Source of the DNA: Flaccisagitta enflata
Taxonomy: Eukaryota
DNA: 64,000 nucleotides
Direction: 5' to 3'
Assembly (NCBI GenBank): GCA_965153355.1
Contig: OZ231126.1
Span: 28,334,001 to 28,398,000 of the forward strand
Part shown: piece after piece, positions 56,856 to 64,000 of the stretch
Layout: every line of letters begins with the position of its first letter
How positions within the stretch are numbered: position 1 is the stretch's first letter
The notes under the pieces: model-generated
Seen by the model: the letters and a program-made list of their open reading frames with translations, nothing else
Database searches by the model: none
Told to the model about the DNA's origin: nothing
Program-made: the position numbers and the translations under genes

Positions 56856-57141
56856 TTCCGCTTCGCCTTGAAAGCCATCATTCCACTTTTCTGCCTCCTC
56901 TGCAATTCCTGCCTTGGCAATTGGCATTCAAATTCACAAAGCAGTTGCGCCAGAGGCAAAATGGAATTCTTTAACTACATTAACTACTTTCTAGCTCATT
57001 TGTTTGTTCAGTTTTTTTTCTGCAGCAATAGAAGTAGAATACAGAAAAAAAAACTCAAATTAGATTTAAAACAAAATTTAGATTTTAGATGAAAGGTTGC
57101 AGTAAAACTATAACTTTCTAGCTCATTTGTTTGCCACCCCA

Positions 57142-57668
57142 CAGTCAGCGGACAAAACACAATAGGTATATATATCACTCCGTTGGTTTTGATCCAACCC
57201 GCTGATGTTGAACAGAATGCTGTAAACAACAACTGGTTGTTGAAATTACAGCTGGCTGTTAAGTTACAAAGTTGGCAAAAATCCAACTTTTACCAAATAG
57301 AATGAGACCTGCAGATTCATACTCCTGATGAAATTCTGAGAAATTTGATATGTCACACTTAACACTTTTTGTAAAAAATGTTTTTTTTAACATTGCGTTA
57401 TAATTAAATTAAACAATGATATTTTTTTTATTTTCATGTAAAAGTATATGTTGTGACATATCAAACTTCTTAGAATTTCATCAGGATTATGAATCTGCAG
57501 GTCTCATTCTATTTGGTGAAAGTTGAATTTTTTGCTAACTTTGTAACTTAACAGCCGGCTGAAATTTCAACAACCAGTTGTTGTTTACAGCATTCTGTTC
57601 AACATCAGTGGGTTGGATCAAAACCAACGGAGTGATATATATACCTATTGTGTTTTGTCTGCTGACTG
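57142..57668. mobile_element. Second 527-bp palindromic MITE copy, 4-bp TSD CCCA
   Basis: CCCA|CAGTCAGCGGACAAAAC ... GTTTTGTCTGCTGACTG|CCCA. Confidence 0.85.
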
Positions 57669-59177
57669 CCCAAGTTTTTTTCTGACAAAATAGAATGCAG
57701 AAATAGAAATGAAATACAGGAAAAAAAAACAAATTTGATTTAAAACAAAATTTAGATTTTAGATGGAAGATAATCATTGCAGTAAAATTAAAACACGATA
57801 TCTCAAAAAATATTTCCTACGCTAAAAAAATTCAAATTGAAAGAGAAATTGGAAACAAAAACTAATTGGAAATACATTACATTCCATGGTTGAATCTTAA
57901 AAAAAAAAAAAATTCAATCAGAATGATCCCCATGCAAGATACAAACTTTTGAGCTAAGTAGTATCCAAACGTTTTAGAGTTAGTGCTGTTTGAAAGCGAT
58001 ATGATTTTTAGTCGCGTGAAAGCGACTCAACAGTTCGCTTTGACGCTCAGTCCATCTGTCGGTTTGTCGATTCGTCCATCTCACTTCATCTTTCACGGTG
58101 TTTCTGATACTCCATTCTGTGTACAAGTGTTAGGAAAGGTTGATGAAAGTTATCGGGGAAAAAAGTCGAAGTCAGTCTTCGACTTTTTTTTACATATTCC
58201 AGAGAAACATGGTTTTCATTTTCTTATCGGGAAGTTGGGGATCTCATTTGACTGATTGCACCTTTGGACAAAATTGATACGATAAGTAAATTTGATAATT
58301 CTCTTTCATTTGGCGCCAAGCAGAATGCTCTATGACAAATATTTTTTGCGTTATGATTTTTAAAGATTTATTTACAAAAAAATCAAATTAAATTTTTTTA
58401 TGATTTTGTGTAGGATCAATAAAGAAGTGTATTTATCTTTGTTTGGGCATGCAAATACAGGAAAACATGTTTTTGAGCACAGCTGCTCATCTGAAAGGGG
58501 TTTTTGAGCATACTAGCTCATTTAGCTCATTTTGCTCATTTAGCTCAGTTTTTTATTCTGATTTCAAATGCGATAAATGAATAAATATCTTGAAAAATGT
58601 TTAAGCAAGAAAATAAAAAAAAAAACAAACATGTAATTAAGCATAGGTGCTTATCTGTGAGGGTGTTTTTGAATATTCTAGCTCACTTTGCTCATTTAGT
58701 TGGGTTTTTTTTCTGATTATGAATAGGATAAATAAAAGAATATTTTGATGTGAGCATGCAAATACAAAAAGTATTTCAGTAAGCATAGCTGGTATCTGGT
58801 TGAGTGATTTTGAGTATTTTAGCTCATCTAACTCATTTGGCTCAGTCCTATTTTTCTCTGATTTTCAGTGCAATCATTAATTGCTCTTGATTTGATTTAA
58901 CAAATAAAAAGATTTGCAGTGACTGAAGACAAAAGCTTGGTGAAAAGTGACCAATGCTTACGACTTTTTAGTTTTTTCCTCACGGCGACAGCCTCCATTA
59001 CTGGTAAAAGTTAAAAAGAGTTGAAAAGTATAGTTCCTGAGTATCAACAATTCTGTATCAAATCAGGTTGGATATTTGTCATGTAATTTAGAGCAAGCGA
59101 CTCGTAGTTGTTGACCTTGTTGGACGTCATAAGACCGAGAAAGTACGTCGGCAAAGTGTTGGAGAAAAGATATTCAT

Positions 59178-59315
<138 letters not shown>

Positions 59316-59335
59316 TATATATATAGATATATATA

Positions 59336-59424
<89 letters not shown>

Positions 59425-60024
59425 AAGATGGATAGACAGACAGACAAAGCGAAACGGAAAGATGAAGGCGAAGTCAAACAGGCAGACCATGAGACAGAAT
59501 TGGGGACAAATGGACAGCAGCACCTTTTGTCGTATGATGTTTTGATAGTTTGTCGTATGATGAGTAGCCTGTACCGAAATGACAATAAGCAATAAATCCA
59601 ATTTTCTCCGACCAGCTTGCATTGTAGCAGTGTCCTGGCGGTCTGTTAGAGCCAAAGAAATGGTCATTTGAGTAATTTTACGTCACCGCGTTGGAACCGG
59701 AAGTGACGTCGTAAATCAGGCAATTTTTCGCTTTTTCGGCTTTCTTCAACATTTTTGATGACTTTACCATAAATGTAGCTTAAAATTCTGACGTCTTAAT
59801 TAGCTATCCTAAATTTGATGCATCCTGTTTACACTTCTGCAATCATTTTAGTATCTGACTGAATGATTACCCCATAAAACATAAACAACGCCATTTTTAA
59901 CGCAATAAGGATAACATTACCGCTAAAACGAGGAAAATGAAATTTTGAGGGGCAATGTGCGAATGAATTGATGTGCGAATGAATTGATCAGGATTAGAGA
60001 ACAAATGTGAACAAGTGTGTGTGC

Positions 60025-60120
<96 letters not shown>

Positions 60121-60210
60121 AAGAGAGAAAGAAAGAAAGGGAAAGAGATAGAGAAAATGAGAAAAAGGATAGGAGGGAATATAAGATGAAAGAGATAAAG
60201 TAAGAAAGAA

Positions 60211-60321
<111 letters not shown>

Positions 60322-60407
60322 AAGGGAAAGAGATAGAGAAAATGAGAAAAAGGATAGGAGGGAATATAAGATGAGAGATAGTAAGAAAGAAAGAGAGAGA
60401 GAGAGAG

Positions 60408-60474
<67 letters not shown>

Positions 60475-60564
60475 TTTTTATTTCTCAATGAAGCAAGTTC
60501 TTTCTTTGTCTCGATGACGGGAAGAACTTCGCGGTTTTGCATTCGAGCGCGGATGAAATCGCCA

Positions 60565-61415
60565 TGCACTGTCCTCTCAGCATGATTCCAGGTGAAAAGT
60601 CATGGTACAGTAGTTTCTTTTTGTAGTTTTTGATAGTTTGAGGGTTACTTTAACTAAAACAAATAATTATGAAATCTTGTCAAGAGTGCTTTTTGAGAAA
60701 TATTAAAAAAATAGTAATTTTAGCCTCATTTTGAATTGAGAATTTTTCAATTAATTCAGACTTCTTTTTTAATGTTATTTCTTTTCATTTGATAGGTCGC
60801 ACTTTATGTTTTTAGACAGGCCTGTATATTCTTGCATATTCCCCCCCCCGGCAGGGGGGGGGAATAAAATCAAAGGATTTGGAAATGGGGAAGGAAATCA
60901 AAGGGTGGAAATATGAAAAGATGAAAAATATAGATGATTTTACACTTTTGACAGTACTAAAATGTAATATTTAGTTACTACAACACAATTTTATACTATT
61001 TAAACCAAAATATTACTATATAGGGGGTATATGGGAAAGAAAATCAACTGTACTTCGACTCCGCGGGGAAGAAAATCAAAGGACCAGGGGGGGGAAAGAA
61101 ATCAAAGGTCGTGCAACTATATACACCCCTGTTTTTAGAAAGAAATAAAAATTTCAATTTTTAAGCCACCATTATCATTTTGCAATGGTGGCAAAAAAAT
61201 TTAAAATCTTATCCCTATAGAAAGTATGTAGTGCGACATATCAAATGAAAGGAAATATTATCAGGAATACAAATTTACTAACATAAAAAAGCGCCTTTAG
61301 CAAAATTTCATGAGTGATAGTTATAGTTCAAACAACTCTCAAACTATAAGTAACTGCAAAAAAAACCCACTGTACTATGACTTTTGACCTGGACTAACGA
61401 TGAGAGGAGGGTGCA
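60565..61415. mobile_element. Palindromic MITE (same family as 44902-46049) hosting a hAT MITE
   Basis: TGCACTGTCCTCTCA..TCCAGGTGAAAAGTCATGGTACAGT / ACTGTACTATGACTTTTGACCTGGA..TGAGAGGAGGGTGCA. Confidence 0.75.
60817..61131. mobile_element. hAT-like MITE, 8-bp TSD TTTTTAGA
   Basis: TTTTTAGA|CAGGCCTGTATATTCTTGCA ... TGCAACTATATACACCCCTG|TTTTTAGA. Confidence 0.8.
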
Positions 61416-61428
61416 CGGCGCTCAGCGC

Positions 61429-62020
61429 CTAAGACTTGGCAGATGCGCACGTGACCTCTTTAACGGCCCTCTCGCAGCTTTGTGTATGCCCAGGAATCTT
61501 GGGGATGACGAGTGCGGCTGTAACAACGTTTTGCAGTTCATCAGAAGGTATTGAAGCAGTGACGTTAGGTTCAGTCGCATCAGACCAGTCCTGAATATTG
61601 CAAATAGATGTAGCGTTCCAATTCAGTTTCGGCGGCGAGAATGGGTGTGGGCTTGAATCGCACATGATAGCCCCGTTTCAAATGGCAGTAATTCTTTCCA
61701 CGGCGAAGCGACTTTCATCTTTTGACTGCAAAGCAGCGCCAGAAGGATATGCTCTGAGTGAGCGTGCCAGCGCCCTTTTGAACGAACTTTTTCGCTATCT
61801 CCTTCACTTGCTTTGATTTTTCATCCCTCCCTTTCATCTTCGAAATCAGCGCAATTTCCTTCAATTTGTAACGTGAACCAGCGATGAGAGATGAGTCAGC
61901 CTTGATTTCAAACCACATGTAATGATAGTCGCAGATTATGTAGGTGACGATGGCTCGCAAGTTTCTGAAGGCTTCCCCCGTCAGCCCATGTTTTGAAACC
62001 CACAACCGACACATGCGTAA
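61429..62020 (-). pseudogene. Frameshifted C-terminal fragment of a hAT-related (hATm-like) DNA transposase
   Basis: Motifs RLWVS..NLRAIV..WFEIK, WHAHSEHILLALL (shifted frame), PKLNWNA..DW..EP, PGHTQSCERAVKEVT; the family assignment is from recalled motifs, not a search. Confidence 0.65.
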
Positions 62021-62329
62021 TTTGATTAACATTCAATTTACAAAATCGATGAATGCAATCGATGGCGGTGATTTGATGACAGCGGTGAATGTTGCGATAT
62101 AGACGATCGGTGATTCGATTATTAGATGCATCATCGCATCTCTAAAAGAGGGTCTGTCCATCCGTCCGTCCGTCCGTCCGTGCGTCCGTCCGTCCCTCCG
62201 TCCATCCCTCCGTTGGTATGTCCATTACGCTTCCTCTAATATCGCGCTGATGAGGCATCAAGTTGCCCATTCGGGCTTGTATTATTGTAAGATACAGGTA
62301 AAAAAATCAATCCATATTTGATTTAATAG

Positions 62330-62440
<111 letters not shown>

Positions 62441-64000
62441 CAGAGACAGAGACAAAGAAAAAGAAAGAGAGAGGTGATGAAAGAAAGAAAAGAAGAGAGG
62501 AAGATAGCGAATAAGAGGAAGAAAGAAAGAAAGAAGGAATGTAGGTATGTAACGGCTCACCCCTGTGTCCTACAGGACATCGGCCCTTTGGGGCCGCTGC
62601 CCAAAAAGGACGAAATTGCAGCTTAATTACCATGAATCGTAAGTCGTAATATCGTTTGATAGTATGATGCATCATGTTGCCTGGATGAAACGACAAGGAT
62701 TGCTCATTTTACGTCTGACTAAAGGAGAGATTCTGATCCACGTAAATTGAATGATAGATGCGTGGATGTTCCTAGAAGTCTAGTCACAGATCGTCGCTGG
62801 CTAAGTGACTCTACAAGAGGGTCTGTCCGTCAGTCCATCTGCCCGTCTGTTTCCTTTTTGGTCATCGGCTCCAAAGGGGTCAATTACCTAAGCTTTCATA
62901 CATATGGGGGATTTTCTTTTTCTCTTTCTTCTCCCATTCCTTCTCCTTGCGACTATTTACACCGTTTTCAGATCGAAATGTCGCGAAAAGAAGATATATT
63001 ACTCCAAAACTATTCATAGTAATTAGTTTTTTCTTTTTTCCCCTGGTAGATAATTTGATTAAGTTTTGCTACAAGCAAAGAATATCCCACCAACTAAAAA
63101 ATTCAAGCCTCCTACTCACAATAAATGAATATTGCATGTTTCACATTGAAGGATTTTTTTTCCCAACAACTTTTTCTTTACTTTATTTCATAGTTGTCAT
63201 TTCTACACAAATTGAGCTGAATTGCTGGGATTGGTCTAGAATTCAAGAGAATTTAATGTAGATTATGTTGTAAGGAAAAAATGTTCTCACTGATTTTAAT
63301 TTTGAACAATTTGCAGACAATTTTTCAAAATTTTCCCAAATCTTGAGGTTCTTGCGGTATTTTGGGGTCAAAATCAATCATTACTGCATCACATAAGTCA
63401 AATCTTTTAGAATTTCAAACAAAACTTCATTAATTCCTCATAACCAACACTGTAGGACCACTCTTGTTGAAAAAAAGAAGCACTGCTGCTATCTCACCTC
63501 ATTTTTTCCATGAAAAAAGGCCATTTTTGGCTGAAATCGACTAATTTTTGTCATGAAATTTAGAGCAAATATATCAACACTGGGGCTTTTATTCTTTTTT
63601 TTTAACAAAACTTAATCAAATTATCTACCACAGGAAAAAAGAATCAAGTAGTTGTTTTAAGTACTTTAGGAGTAATATATCTTCTTTTCGCGACATTTTG
63701 GTCTGAAAGCGGTGTAAAATCAGCTGAAATAGTGATTTCTGAACATTACTTCCCCGCCTGCTCCCATAATGCCCCTGCCCACCAACATTACTGCCCCTGC
63801 CCGCCCGCACTACTGCCCCTGCCCACCTGCCAGCGACTAAGTATTGGCCGTGTATCCGGCCTTGTTAACGGGCCACTCGGTCGCTCGCATGATCTTACCG
63901 ACCACCCCGCTCATTCGCTCGGCAGAGCTCCACCTTGATACATTCACTTTGCTTGTTCCGTTGCTGCGCTCACGGGATCGCTATGCTCACGGGCTTGCCA

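Overview
Repeat-rich eukaryotic (metazoan, probably invertebrate) genomic DNA; the species cannot be determined from the sequence. Two minus-strand exons (50601-50852 and 9911-10148) splice in phase into the core motor domain of a kinesin-3/KIF28-like protein across a 40,452-bp intron. I found no other kinesin exon, so the whole window probably lies inside this gene. Nested in its introns are an intronless ankyrin-repeat gene and an adjacent intronless kelch gene (+), a multi-exon gene with a signal/anchor peptide (+), a 2-3 exon orphan (-) and two paralogous C2H2 zinc-finger genes (-), one of them frameshifted. The rest is microsatellites, tandem arrays, more than 20 Helentron-type (HINE/DINE-1-like) short elements, many non-autonomous TIR elements with readable TSDs (TA, 4, 5, 8 and 9 bp; several nested) and a hATm-like transposase relic. 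The most unusual pattern is that both kinesin exons and the orphan gene have decayed local copies of their own exon ends and splice sites nearby.
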